Below, in pieces: positions 11,106 through 22,078 of a DNA stretch of 64,000 nucleotides. The DNA is taken from NCBI GenBank assembly GCA_918797485.1, contig CAKKNE010000003.1:3720001-3784000 (forward strand), given 5' to 3'. Origin of the DNA: Pelagomonas calceolata. Lineage: Eukaryota. Position 1 is the first letter of the stretch. Each line of letters opens with the position of its first letter. The notes below the pieces were generated by a model. The model saw only the letters and a list, made by a program, of their open reading frames with translations, was not told the origin of the DNA and did not search any database. The position numbers and the translations under genes are program-made.

Positions 11106-12189
11106 CGTGGCTGGTTGCTATTGCAGCCGTCGGGCGCGGAACTCGTAGTTTTGAGTTTTGCACGTCGGTCGCGGCTTCCGCGTGGGTACGATGGCTTCTA
11201 TGCGACGCAGCTCACAGGTTGCCGCGCCAGGCGTCGCGCGTCGTCCCTGAGTAGCTTACACGCAGAGCGTTTTGGCCGTCACGCGCCGCACGACAGCGAC
11301 AGCCGGAGGCGTGATTTTTAAGAGCTCACCGCTTCGCGTGAGCGCCGTTTGACAGCGCGATTTCGCGGCAGCAGGCGCTCACGATACCAGTAGCCCTGCG
11401 AATGCGGCGATATCCACCGATAACCGCGTACCACACTCACAGTGGCCTGCCAGCGGGCCGTCCAGGCCTTCTGCTTCCATGCTTGTCATTCTCTAGCCCG
11501 CGGAGCCACCCCTCTAGGCCTCCCTTCACCCCTCTAGCACTCGTTCAAGTTAACAGCGAGCAATCGGGAGCGGAACAAACGTGAGGAAGAGGGTATTCGG
11601 AGAAGGCTGGGAGGGGGGGGGAGCTGCTGGGTTGAAGCACGAACACGCGACATGCAGCCGTTTGAGACTGCTCGGTTCGCTACTGGTCCAAAGAGACCAA
11701 TGGGACACGTACTGGGGGCCGAAAAAAATAATTTTTTTAATTCGCGATATTGACGACGCCACCAGGGCGGCCGCGTCGATGGAATCCTGTCCATCCGCGG
11801 CCCGGAGGTTTCCCGGGGTCGCCTACGGGTCGGTATTAGACATGCGCAACCGCCTACGCCGCCACTTCCAGTCTAAGATACATCTCCCAAGGTCCTTGGC
11901 GCTCCACGGCACTGGACCATGGTTTCCCAAAGATTTCGATCCAGAGCTCTCCGGGGGGCCCCAAGAACCGGCGCATGCGGTGCAGGTGACTACCCGACCC
12001 CAGGCCTATCCCAGAGGGCGTCTGCGAGCCGATCTGCCCCCGAAAAAAGTGAGCAATTTGGGCCCGATGGCGCCCCGTCCCCGTAAAAAACGTCAATTTC
12101 TCTAGGCCCCCAGGAACCACAATAGCGGTCTCTTCGGACCCCATACTACCCCACCGATAGTCAATTACAAATATATGACATCTACACCA

Positions 12190-13200
12190 CGAGAAGGGTA
12201 CTTTTGGCCGCCCACGCTCGGGACGTGAACATCTTTATCTGGACCTCGCGTAAGTCGGTCGGTCATGAAACAAACGATCGCGTTATGGTCCATGGTGATG
12301 GTACACGGGCTGATGGTCGCAGGTCTAGGTCTTGAGCCCAAATTAGCAAGATAGTGCGGTCTCGGGCTCGGAGATCCGCGCCGAGCATCTTGGGGTCTCG
12401 GAGCAATGTAGTAGCAGTTTAGCCCGGTTGGCTGGCCCGTCTCACAACTAAAACGCCCGAAACGCAAATTTATTTTATAACTCATCGGTCTGGGGCCTTT
12501 CCGGGGCTCCGTCTACACACCGTCGCCCGCGGAGAACGGGCAAGTCTGTCGATTGTGAATAGAACAACGGCGTTATGGTCCATCTGGATGGTGGCGTCGC
12601 TGATACTCGCAGGTTTAGTTTATTTTGTCGTTTGTGTATAAACGCGCGGTACCAAAGTTGCCGAATCCCGCGGCTCATACGGATCACCTCAAATAGCTCA
12701 GTGGGCGCTGATGCGGGCTAGATGGACTCTACCACTAACAAACGGAGGGAAACGAACATAAACTCGGGAGTTGTCTAGTAGAACTCTTCTCCGGCCCTCC
12801 GAGCGCGGGCCGTCGGCTCCGGTTCCGTCGATTGTGGATGAAAACTGGGCTGGAGTTGATATAATGTCCTATCTGGACGGTAGATGGCGGCATTAATCGC
12901 TGGTCTACTTTGAAAACTCGTAAGACTCATCCGCGAATGTCGCGGGCGGTGCCTTCCGGGAGGCGCGAGGGTATGTTCCCGGGCCTCTATTCTAAAATCT
13001 TTGGTCGCGGCGATCGACTGGGATGTATTCTGAATTTGGGTCATTCTTTTGACGCTATCGGGGCGTATCTTTAGATTTGCTAGTATGTCACACGCTAGCT
13101 TCTTGCTGCTGAATCCTTGGGTGCTATTCGTAAAGAAATGGTCTCAGTGGACGGCTATGGTGATTTCTGAATTTGGGGACTCATATATAATATATATAAG
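12190..13200. repeat. Diverged tandem repeat, 290-bp period, about 3 copies, in a low-GC intergenic island
   Basis: TCGCAGGTCTAG 12317 / TCGCAGGTTTAG 12607 / TCGCTGGTCTAC 12897; GCGTTATGGTCCAT at 12280 and 12570; weaker matches at the 290 offset across the whole unit. Confidence 0.75.
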
Positions 13201-13289
13201 TGCTCGAGGCAGGATCGCGTCGATGGCGTGAGGGGTCCTAGGTACTACGTCGTACGTACGAATGTTGAAATCTTACACGGAGCTTCTAG

Positions 13290-13991
13290 CTAGCCGAGGA
13301 GGACGGATCCAAACGCTCCTAGGGGCCCATTGAGGTTGCGGAATGCCTCGGGTTCAACGGCTTCGTAGCGTGACCACGAGCCGTCGTTGGCACGCTCCCA
13401 TGCCACGCCGTCCCTATAGAAGAAGACGATGCGGCCGTTGTGGACGCACTCACAGAAATGACTATAAACAAACGTTTCGTCAAACTCTCCGCGGAAAAAC
13501 GGCCGCCCGAGGTCGGTCCATGTGTCGGACTGCGGGTCATAATTGTAAAAAAATGCGTGGCTTTCGATAAACAACCTCCCGTCAGCAACAAATATCCGCC
13601 AGCCGCCGGACGGTACTTCTGGATGCCGCGCCCCTAATCGCCACGTCCGAGTGGAAATGTCGTAGATCTGCAAAATATTTGTGTGGTTTCCAAACTGATT
13701 GTCTCCTAGAATGAAGCCTCCCACGATGAACAGCTGGTCGCCGATGACGCCCGACGACGCGCACATGCAGCCGTGTGGCATCGGAGGCAATTCCTCCAGG
13801 ACGATGCCGCGCTCCGCAAAGCCCCACTCTCGGCGCAGGCGGAGAAATCGCGGGCCGCTTATAACCGCTCGAAATGCGCGACAAGCGGCGGCCGTGGCGC
13901 CGTGGTCGGCGCGTGGAACGCCGATTAGGACGCGCAGCAGGAGGTCATCTGGTAGGTCCAGGAGAGGAGAGCTAGCTGTAGCATTATCCAT
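13290..13991 (-). CDS. F-box-like + Kelch repeat protein (short)
   Basis: LLDLPDDLLLRVL..VPR F-box-like motif; LFIVGG...IYDISTRTW and YDPQSDTW Kelch repeats. Confidence 0.8.
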   Translation of the reverse strand: MDNATASSPLLDLPDDLLLRVLIGVPRADHGATAAACRAFRAVISGPRFLRLRREWGFAERGIVLEELPPMPHGCMCASSGVIGDQLFIVGGFILGDNQFGNHTNILQIYDISTRTWRLGARHPEVPSGGWRIFVADGRLFIESHAFFYNYDPQSDTWTDLGRPFFRGEFDETFVYSHFCECVHNGRIVFFYRDGVAWERANDGSWSRYEAVEPEAFRNLNGPLGAFGSVLLG

Positions 13992-14091
13992 AAGGATTGA
14001 TTTTCAATCACGCCAGGTTATGCTTGTCGTCCCGGCGGCGGCGATTTATCGATTACAAGCACCAAGCACCAATCTAGGTAGCCCGCGTGGG

Positions 14092-14113
14092 CTAGCGGAC
14101 TGTAAGACACTAG
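14092..14113 (+). promoter_or_regulatory. CTAG-N14-CTAG promoter-associated element
   Basis: CTAGCGGACTGTAAGACACTAG, ~100 bp upstream of the 13991 start. Confidence 0.7.
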
Positions 14114-14167
14114 CAAGCTTCAAGCTTTCGATTACACTTGCTGCCATGCTTAGACAGGGATAGGGGA

Positions 14168-17100
14168 TCAGAACGCCTGGGAAAGGATCGGCTCCGCCGC
14201 AACAACGTCGTTGGACCGGTCGCCGAGCGCGCCGCGGCGCACGTCGACGCCGTGCGCCTGCAGCGCCGCGAGCAACGGATCGGCCCGGACGCGGCCCTTG
14301 CCCGGCGTCTGCGGCGTCATACCAGAGGAGCGCTCCCGGACGGCGTCGACGAAGTCCTCCAATCTTTCACCTCGAGCCAACGCGCGGACCGCCCGTTGCG
14401 CGCCGTCGCTGTCATGCTCGAGCCACCTTGATAACGCACAAGCTAGCGGGCCGTCGGCGTCTCCCGATAATTCCCCGCGCAACCGCAACGCGACGGCCAA
14501 CGACGCCACGGCCTCGACGCAAGGTGGTTCTCCGAGCCACGCTTCACACGCCGCAGCCAAGACCCGCGTCGTCGCGGGCGCGCCCGAAGAAGCCACCACT
14601 GATGTAGCGACGGCGCAGCAAGCTCTAAAAGGAGCGTCGCTCGTCCCACCAGCATCCTCATTAATCTCATCGGTCCTCTGTCGAGCTAACTCGGGCGACA
14701 GGATCTCTTCGCCGCTTTCCACGAGCGCCACAGCGGCATCCAAAGCTCTTTTGAGATCTTTGGCCAGGACCTTGTCGGCCTCGGAAGAAGCCTCCCTTGC
14801 AGAAAACTTGAGGACGGCCAGTCGAGCCTCCAACGTTGCCATGAGCGCCGCGTCGCGACATGACGACGCTCTGCAAGCGGCATGTAACGCGTCGACGGCC
14901 TTCGCGTCGCGCATGAGCTGCTTTCTAGCGTCTCGCGCGGTAGGATCGTTCCGCAGGATAATGCGACCGATCGCACAAGCCGCCGCTTCTGAGGAGGAAG
15001 ATGGAGCCTTCTCCTTAACGCGGCCTCGCTTCCTAGTCCCGGGCTTCTCCTTCGCCGTCGTAGTGTTCAAGGCGAACAGCGTCTCCGCGAGCGTGCGCGC
15101 GACGTCGCCGGCCTGCTTCATACCTCTACCGGCTAACCGGCATGCGGCATCGGCCGCCGCCGCGACGGACTCGGCGTCATTCAAGGAAGAGGGAGCCACC
15201 ACCCTCTGAATACCATCTCTCCTTTGAGCCTTCGACCGCGCGGCGCCCGCCTGCGTCGAACGACGCGTCGCGAAACCGTCTCCGTGCACCCACGAGACGC
15301 GTAGACTCTCGTGTGATCGCGACGACGCCATCTTCACAAAGTTGAAGTTGGGAAACGTTCGGAAATCACGCTGAGTCACTGACCTCGGCCTCGTCCTGGC
15401 CCCTTAATCCACCAAGCGCGACCGCCGTCCGCAGACCTCGTAAGTCCTCGCTCTGCAAACCGCTGTCTACTAGTGATTGGACACAAGTCGCAACACCATC
15501 ACCAACATAGGCCGCGAGCTTGCGGGCGCCCTCGGTGTTCGCTGACAACGGACCGCGCGCCAGCGACGCGTAGGCCGTGGCCGCGACGGCCACCAGCGCT
15601 TGTGACGACGGCGCCTCATAATCTTCGCCGGACTTGCGCTTCTTCGTAGGCGTCTTGGACACTTCCGACGCGGCCTTGGACGCCATGACCTGTGTGGAGC
15701 ATCGTTGTCTCGCGTCCTGTCTCTCGTGAGGAGCGATGGCGCACGGCCTGCACGCCGTCGAGCGGACGCGTAGACGGCGTCGCGAGACCCGTAGACCATC
15801 TGACGCCCGCGTCGACGGCGTCGCGGCGACGCGGTCTCGTGAAGACGCCATCGCCGCGACCGCGGTCCGAACGGCCTCGAAAACGATGCATGACGATGGC
15901 GTGAAAGGACGCCGCGAGCGCACGACGAAGCGCGCCACGTCCTCGGCCGGCGCGAGCTCCGCGAGCCTTCCATAAAAAGCTCTCGCAGCTAAAGGTTTCT
16001 TGTTGTAGAGAGCGGCGGCCAAAGCGACCTGTCTCGAACCGTCCTCAAGGGGAAAGTAAGCTTTCACGAGCAACTTGGCGATGGCTTGGGAAGACCCTCT
16101 CCTCGACTCATCATCCTCCGCGATTCTCTGCAAAAGATTCTCGGAACCGACGGCGGCAAACGCAGCATCTATCGAAGTGGATTGCGCATACGCGCCTAGG
16201 AGATGCGCGCAGGCGTTCCTCACGACCGGCGACTTGTCGTGGAGGTGGCGAGACGCGTCGCGCAAGGCCTTTCGTAAAGTCTTTTCGCCAGCACCAGCCG
16301 AGGTAATATGTTTCGACGACGCGCAGGCCGTCAACGCCTTCAGCGCGGCTTCTCGCACGGCCGGCGACGTGGAATCGCGGCAGCAAGTAGCCCCGAGCGT
16401 CCGTAGCATGTGCGTGGCGGGACCCTTGGCCAGCTTCGGCCAGCACGTCGCGAGCGCTCGTCCGGACGCGTGGCAGGCCGCCGCTCGGCAACTCGGGTCG
16501 GGGTCCTCGGTCAGGGCGTTTTTTAATAGAGTGAGCTGGCGCTCGATCGCCGAGGTCGAGACGTCCTTGGACCTGCGCGAAACCGTCGCGTCGATGGCGT
16601 GGAGACGCGTGTTGATGATAGGACGCCGATTCAAACGCGTCGGGGTCGGCGATGGGAAAGCACGTCCCGAGGACCTCGAAAGCTCTTCTTCGACATTCGT
16701 TATTCGGTGCGGTGATATGGCGCCACAACAACGGAGCGTAGACGCGCTCCACACAGGCTCTCTTCACCTTCGTTCCTGTCACGGAGCAGTGTAAAGCGCT
16801 GTCTAGCAGTGATTTGAGTTGCGAGGCTAGTTTCTTGGACTTGGAGAACAGAAAAGCCCTCGCTAAATCCTGGAGGTAGTCCTCTTCAAAACTCTCCGTG
16901 TCACCCTCCTTCGCCAGAGAATCAAAGGCCCGCTTGTAGCAGTCGCCGGCGGCTCTAGCTCGAGCCTGCGTCCAGGACGGCAGCGCCTTCTTCACGGACT
17001 GATGCGCGGCGCTCGAAGCTAAAGTATTGCCTCTTAAAACGCCCGCGACGAAGTCCTTGCCCCGGGCGCTTCGCAGGAACGCCGGACTTGACGCGGTCGA

Positions 17101-17775
17101 CGCGAGTAGACCTCGCAATCCCGCCGCCGACGCGTCGTCGAGGTCGACGGGCGCGAGCATCGATGCCGAAGTGGCACATCTCGCGACGTCTTCACTTGTG
17201 GCGCCGTCGGACAGCGCTCGCACCAGCAAATACGGCAACACCCGAGGCGCGGCGAAGGGCGCCTGTTCCCGCGCCCACCAGGCCTCGCCGCACCGCGCTA
17301 TCGAATCCCGCAGCGCGTCGTCGTGCTCCGCCTGCCAGAGATCTAAAAGCGCGTCGAGTAACGCTTCGGCCGTCGCCGACAGGTCGTCTTCCGCTTTCTT
17401 GCCCATCTTCGGCTTGGTGAAGGCCTCGCGGCAGCACTGGGCGGCTCTTTTGAGCGCCTGCGCCGCCTGGCGGCCGCGCGCGCCGCCCGCGAGCACGGTC
17501 TCTACATGTGTTGAAACGCCATGGCCAAAGGGTGCCTCGTGCGCGTCGAGCAGCCGCTGGAGGTCCGCCGCGGCTTCGGCGTTGGGGCTGTCCGGCTCCT
17601 CTTCGATTGAGGATCCTCCGTCGTCGTCGGACTCGACGTAGCCGTCGGAGTGTTCCTCATTCTCGGCCTCCGCCTCGGCGGGGTCGATCGTAGCCGGTCC
17701 CGGCCGGCGGATGGCGCCGTCGGGCGCCTCGGCGGCGTCGGTCATGGCTGTGGGCTCCTCGGTGGCGCCGTCCAT
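14168..17775 (-). CDS. NCAPG2: Condensin II complex subunit G2-like HEAT-repeat protein, ~1062 aa, 4 exons
   Basis: Exons 17775-16625, 16572-15924, 15689-15384, 15250-14168 (3189 nt); VYAPLLWRHITAPNNECRRRAFEVLGTCFP, LTEDPDPSCR, DSTSPAVR and LHDKSPVVR match the CAP-G2 pattern. Confidence 0.78.
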
Positions 17776-17972
17776 GGCCTCCGCGCGCCGCGAGCGGCTG
17801 GTTCTTGGCTTAACAACTGAAACCGAGTTGAAACCGCCGCGAGGGCTCGCTGCCGTTTTAGGGTTGGTGACGGCTGGTAACGTGTTTGAAGGAGCTGCTG
17901 GAACGTGCCTGTGACCTCTGATACGGCCAGCAGCGTGAGCAACCACTCGCAACGTGAAATGAGTTTTGTTTC

Positions 17973-17994
17973 CTAGTGTCTTACTGCACGCTAG
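17973..17994 (-). promoter_or_regulatory. CTAG-N14-CTAG promoter-associated element
   Basis: Reverse complement CTAGCGTGCAGTAAGACACTAG, between divergent starts 17775 and 18203. Confidence 0.7.
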
Positions 17995-18202
17995 CGCCTC
18001 TTTTTTGCGCCCAATTTTGGCAAAAAAGGAGCTGTCCAACGCAAGCTCTGCGCCTGCGAGGTGTCCAACGCAAGCTCTGTGCCAGCGACAAGCCGGCCGA
18101 GCCTCGTGCATCTCTAGAAAAAAGCTGGAGCTGCGTCTGATCACTGCCTGGCTCCTAGCCACCGCCGCAGCGCTCGAGCCCAACTGCGCCTCCAACAAAG
18201 AG

Positions 18203-18634
18203 ATGAGTCTCTTCACGAAGATTATCCGCAAGGAAATTCCCAGCTGCAAGGTTGGAGCAGGGGAGCTCTGGTACGCGTTCCTGGACATCAATCCGAGACG
18301 AGCGGGCCACACGCTAGTCGTCCCCGTCGAAGAGAAGCAGCGCCTCGCCGAGCTGTCGGCGGAGTCGCGGGCCGCGCTCATGGAGGGCGTCGCGGACGCC
18401 CAGCGGCGATTAGGCAAGGTCTTCGACACGCAGGATTTCACCGTCGTTTTACACGACGGGCCCCTCGCGGGGCAAGAAGTCCCGCACGTGCATATCCACG
18501 TGATGCCGCGCACGAGCGGCGACGGCGGCCGCTGTGCCGGCATGGCAGCCTTCCCCGACGCGCCGCCCATCGGCAGCGTCGAGCCGGACTTCGCGGCGCT
18601 CGGGGCTCTGTCGGAGAAGCTTCAGGCGGCGTGA
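18203..18634 (+). CDS. HIT family (histidine triad) nucleotide hydrolase
   Basis: MSLFTKIIRKEIP..AFLDINP..GHTLVVP..AGQEVPHVHIHVMPR. Confidence 0.93.
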   Translation: MSLFTKIIRKEIPSCKVGAGELWYAFLDINPRRAGHTLVVPVEEKQRLAELSAESRAALMEGVADAQRRLGKVFDTQDFTVVLHDGPLAGQEVPHVHIHVMPRTSGDGGRCAGMAAFPDAPPIGSVEPDFAALGALSEKLQAA

Positions 18635-18677
18635 GGCATTGTGTGTCGCGGCGATGGCCTCGTGGTACGAGTAAGTC

Positions 18678-20539
18678 CTAGGTCCCGGTATTTACTGGCG
18701 ACGCCTTCCTATGGCGTGGTGCGGGCGCAAGCGTCGTCAGCGTCAGCAATGGGTTGGGTGCGTCCGGTTCAGCGCTCCCACCCCAGTACGACTGCGACGC
18801 CTCCCACTTCTGGGCCTGCGCCCGCAATAGGCTCAGGTCGTCGTCCGTGAACGCCAGGACCGTCGCGAGCACCGGCACCAAGGACGCCTGCTCCGACGAG
18901 TTCTGGCGCAGCGAAAAGTACTGGACCAACAAATTCTTGACGTATTCCAGGTTCGTCGCGTCCCTGCCCAAGCCTCGGCGGGCATCTTCGAGCTTCTTCT
19001 GGCAGGCCAACAACTGGGAGGCGAGGTCCGCCACCTCGCTGTCGCGGTCGCGGATGGCCCGCTTCAGGCGCGACGTGGCGAGCTTGGACTGCGCGGCCTC
19101 GCTGGCCAGAGCGCCTTCTCTTCGCGCCTGGCGCTCGGCCTACGTGCGAATCGACGGGTGAGATCGAACGGACGTCGCGTCGATGGCGTGATCGAGCGGC
19201 CGGCCGCGCATGATTGCCGCGCCGGAACACGCGATCTCCACGAACTTCCGATGCTCGTGGCCGCCGCTCGCGAGCTCCGACTCGAGCTCCGCGACCCTTC
19301 GTCTAAGAATCTCGACCTTGCTATCCTTCTCCGCTAAAATAGTGCGCGCCAGGGAAGATCGTTTGGTGTGGTCCGCCTCGGCGCGCGCGAGGGCCTCGGC
19401 CACGGCTCGCTCGCGCGCCGGCGCGGCAGCAGTAATAGCGGCTTTGCTAATAGCATTAGCAGCCTCGAGGTGGGCGACGCGCGCCGACAGCGCCGCCGCG
19501 TGCGCGAGACCCAATGCTCGAGACGCGGCGAGCTCGCGCGCATGAGCAGCCTCGCGCTCGTCGTGCCTTTGCCGCTCGCTCACGATCTGGCCGTTCTGCA
19601 CGTCATTCGTCTCCCGCAGCGCGTCGCGCTCCTTCGTTAAGGCTTCCTTCTCGCGCTCGAGCGTCTGCAACTGCCTTGCCCTTGATGCATGAGCGTTCTT
19701 GTCCTCGACAGACGTGTTCTCGGACCGCCGCAAGCGACTCTCCGCGTCGGCGAGGCGACTGCGCGCGTCCTCGGCGGCCCTTCTCAAAACGACGTGGGCC
19801 TCGCGCAGCTCTGCGTTCTCGCGCTTCGCGGCCTCCAGACCTGTGTGGAAATCAAACGTCGCGCGCCCCGCGCCGGAACAGCATCTGCACGCCATCGACG
19901 CGAGGTTGCAGCCATTCCCGCGTCTGCTCGATGGCGTGCAGGTTCACGAAGGTCCTCGCAATAATTCTCAGGATAAGCTGGTTGATTTCCGCACAGCTCC
20001 AGGCCAGCGAGCGCCTCGGGCGCGCCGTCCGCGTCGCGCCGCGCGTCCCGCAACTTCAGCTCGAGGGACACGATCCTTTCTTCGGCTTTTGACGAGGCGT
20101 TCTGGCGCTTCGCGGCCTCGGAGTCGGCTCTCGCTGTTTCGGAGTCCCTCGCAGCTAAAGCGCGGGCCAGCGCCTCCTTCAGGGCCGAGGACTGGGCATC
20201 TGAACCATCGGAATCGCGCCCGCCGTAGAGCTGCGTCAGGGCGTTCTCATCTAACGAGACGCCATCGAGGACTCCGGGAGTCCCGAGCACGGTATTCGCG
20301 CAAAAACTCTTCAGGACATCTCGGTCCCGCTCCGCGTCCCTCGCTCGCGTAGCGACCTCCCGATGCGCCTTCTCGGCGGCCTTCAGGCGCGCGCCGAGCT
20401 TCATTGTTAGTTGTAACAAATCCTCTCGAGAAATGTCGGCGGCGCTCTGCGCTTGTGGTTTTTCCTCTTCCTTGCGCTCCTGGCCGAGGGTTTTCATCTT
20501 GGAGACGCCCTTGTCCCACTCGGTCTTGAGGCGGTCCAT
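18678..20539 (-). CDS. Coiled-coil golgin with C-terminal GRIP domain, 3 exons
   Basis: Exons 20539-20005, 19840-19233, 19139-18678 (1605 nt); NLEYVKNLLVQYF...LVPVLATVLAFTDDD GRIP motif. Confidence 0.85.
19841..19996. mobile_element. Introner element (TIR CTGTGTGGAAATC) with 8-bp TSD
   Basis: Ends CTGTGTGGAAATC...GATTTCCGCACAG; flanks CTCCAGAC/CTCCAGGC; GC-AG intron 20004-19841 restores the frame. Confidence 0.9.
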
Positions 20540-20719
20540 CGCTTCGGCTGCTGGAGATTTGGCAGTGGTTTGGCAGGGTGGTGGGTGTGCAGCTTTGGCG
20601 GCGGCACTCGCCACGACAGCGTGCTGTGCTCGGACGCAGCGATGCGTCGGCCTTCTCACAGGTCCGCGGGCTGTCGTATAGGCTGCGATGCCGAGCCGCG
20701 GGCGCGCCCAGGGTGATTG

Positions 20720-20742
20720 CTAGTGTCTTACTGTGGCGCTAG
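20720..20742 (-). promoter_or_regulatory. CTAG-N15-CTAG promoter-associated element
   Basis: Reverse complement CTAGCGCCACAGTAAGACACTAG, between divergent starts 20539 and 20915. Confidence 0.7.
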
Positions 20743-20914
20743 CCCCGGCGCCGACGTTCATCGTGTTATCTCGCGATTCGTGGTCTCGTGTGCTACCAGA
20801 AGTGCTCAGTCAATCGCTGCCGTGCCGACAGTCCACCGCTGGACGCGCTCCCGCCGTAAAAACCTGCGGACAAAAGCAGAGCTCACTGCCACGCGCCGCC
20901 GACGCGCGACACGG

Positions 20915-21091
20915 ATGTCCGACGCACAGCCGACGCCCAGCAGCGTGCGCGTCGAGATAGCCGTGGACGGCACTAGCAGCTTCGAGACGAGCGGGACCCT
21001 GCAAGAGACCGCGGCAGCCACGAACGCGCACCTCACGGAGATCGTCGAAAAAGACAAGACCGAGCGCGCCGCCAAGAAGGCCAAAGCCTAA
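20915..21091 (+). CDS. 58-aa protein, possibly GON7-like (KEOPS subunit)
   Basis: MSDAQPTPSSVRVEIAVDG...TLQETAAATNAHLTEIVEKDKTERAAKKAKA; codon usage typical of the window. Confidence 0.55.
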   Translation: MSDAQPTPSSVRVEIAVDGTSSFETSGTLQETAAATNAHLTEIVEKDKTERAAKKAKA

Positions 21092-21094
21092 GAA

Positions 21095-22075
21095 ATGGGC
21101 GCGAAGTACGAGCGGAGGCGCCGCCGCCGCCGCATTATAGTCGTCGCATTGGTAGCCGCCGTAGTATCACTCATCGCGTACGCCACGGCGCCCACATCTC
21201 CAAAGGAGCCCGACCGCTACCCCTGCGACGCGTTATTTGCGGAACACGACGCGAAAGCTCCCGATCAATCAGCAAATGATCCCTTGGACGCGCTGCTGGA
21301 CACGAACCTCCTGTTGAGTTGTTTTGGTGTTATAAAACACTGGCGCACGGCGACGCTGCCGCTCATGCGTTTATCAATACAGCACGAGGGCGGCGAGGAC
21401 GTGCAAGATGTGGACGGTGCGCAGCCGCTGAAATATGCTCTGAGGGCGGCCGACGCGGCCATTCGCGAGATGCCGCCTCAGGGACTAGTGGTCGTCACGT
21501 CGGCGTCGCAGGCGTGGCCGCTCATCGCGGCGCTGCGGGCGCGCGACGACATCGACGTCGCCTCGTCACGGAGGAACGTCGACGCCGCGCTCGTCGTGAG
21601 ACGAAGGAATTCGAGTCCCCCATCTCTAGAACGGCTGGACCTGAGGACTCTGACGAAGCTCGAGTGGCCGCCGTCCGCGGAGGTGCTCGAGACGCTGGAG
21701 TTACCGCAGGAAGCGTTCCCACAACCGATGGAGCCGTCTGACTTACTCAGGTGGCTCTCGCCGACACTGCATGAACCGTTCTCGCCCGAAAAAGCACGAG
21801 CAGCAAGGGACGCCGCCCACTGGCGCGCGTCGTGCTATTCATCCCTAAAGAGCGACGGCGCGCTCGCCGCGAAGCCGTGTTTCCAGGCGCACGAGAGACA
21901 CCAGCGCTTGTGGCACACGCCGTCCTCCTACGACTCCGTGCCGCTCGGGCTGGTCGCGGCGGCCCACGGCGACGTGAGCGCTGCCGTTAGTGCTTTGACA
22001 GCTGCCTACAAGACGGACCCCGCGGCGACGCAGAAATTATTGGAGAGGGCCGCGGCGGCGATCGCGCCCACGTAA
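21095..22075 (+). CDS. Type II membrane-anchored protein of unknown function
   Basis: Poly-Arg followed by hydrophobic IIVVALVAAVVSLIAYA; 326-aa ORF. Confidence 0.7.
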   Translation: MGAKYERRRRRRRIIVVALVAAVVSLIAYATAPTSPKEPDRYPCDALFAEHDAKAPDQSANDPLDALLDTNLLLSCFGVIKHWRTATLPLMRLSIQHEGGEDVQDVDGAQPLKYALRAADAAIREMPPQGLVVVTSASQAWPLIAALRARDDIDVASSRRNVDAALVVRRRNSSPPSLERLDLRTLTKLEWPPSAEVLETLELPQEAFPQPMEPSDLLRWLSPTLHEPFSPEKARAARDAAHWRASCYSSLKSDGALAAKPCFQAHERHQRLWHTPSSYDSVPLGLVAAAHGDVSAAVSALTAAYKTDPAATQKLLERAAAAIAPT

Positions 22076-22078
22076 GTG

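Noticed and set aside
11581..12105. 174-aa ORF in the low-GC island as a transposase fragment
   Set aside because: GTG start, no DDE, RT or HUH motifs, and atypical codon usage
12250..12910. 290-bp repeat as a CRISPR or TIGR-type array
   Set aside because: Units are long and degenerate, the intervening DNA is itself homologous, and no cas or Nop-domain gene is nearby
16111..18570. 819-aa ORF as a single protein
   Set aside because: Its N-terminal part is antisense to the HIT gene and spans a promoter; its C-terminus reads through an intron of CAP-G2
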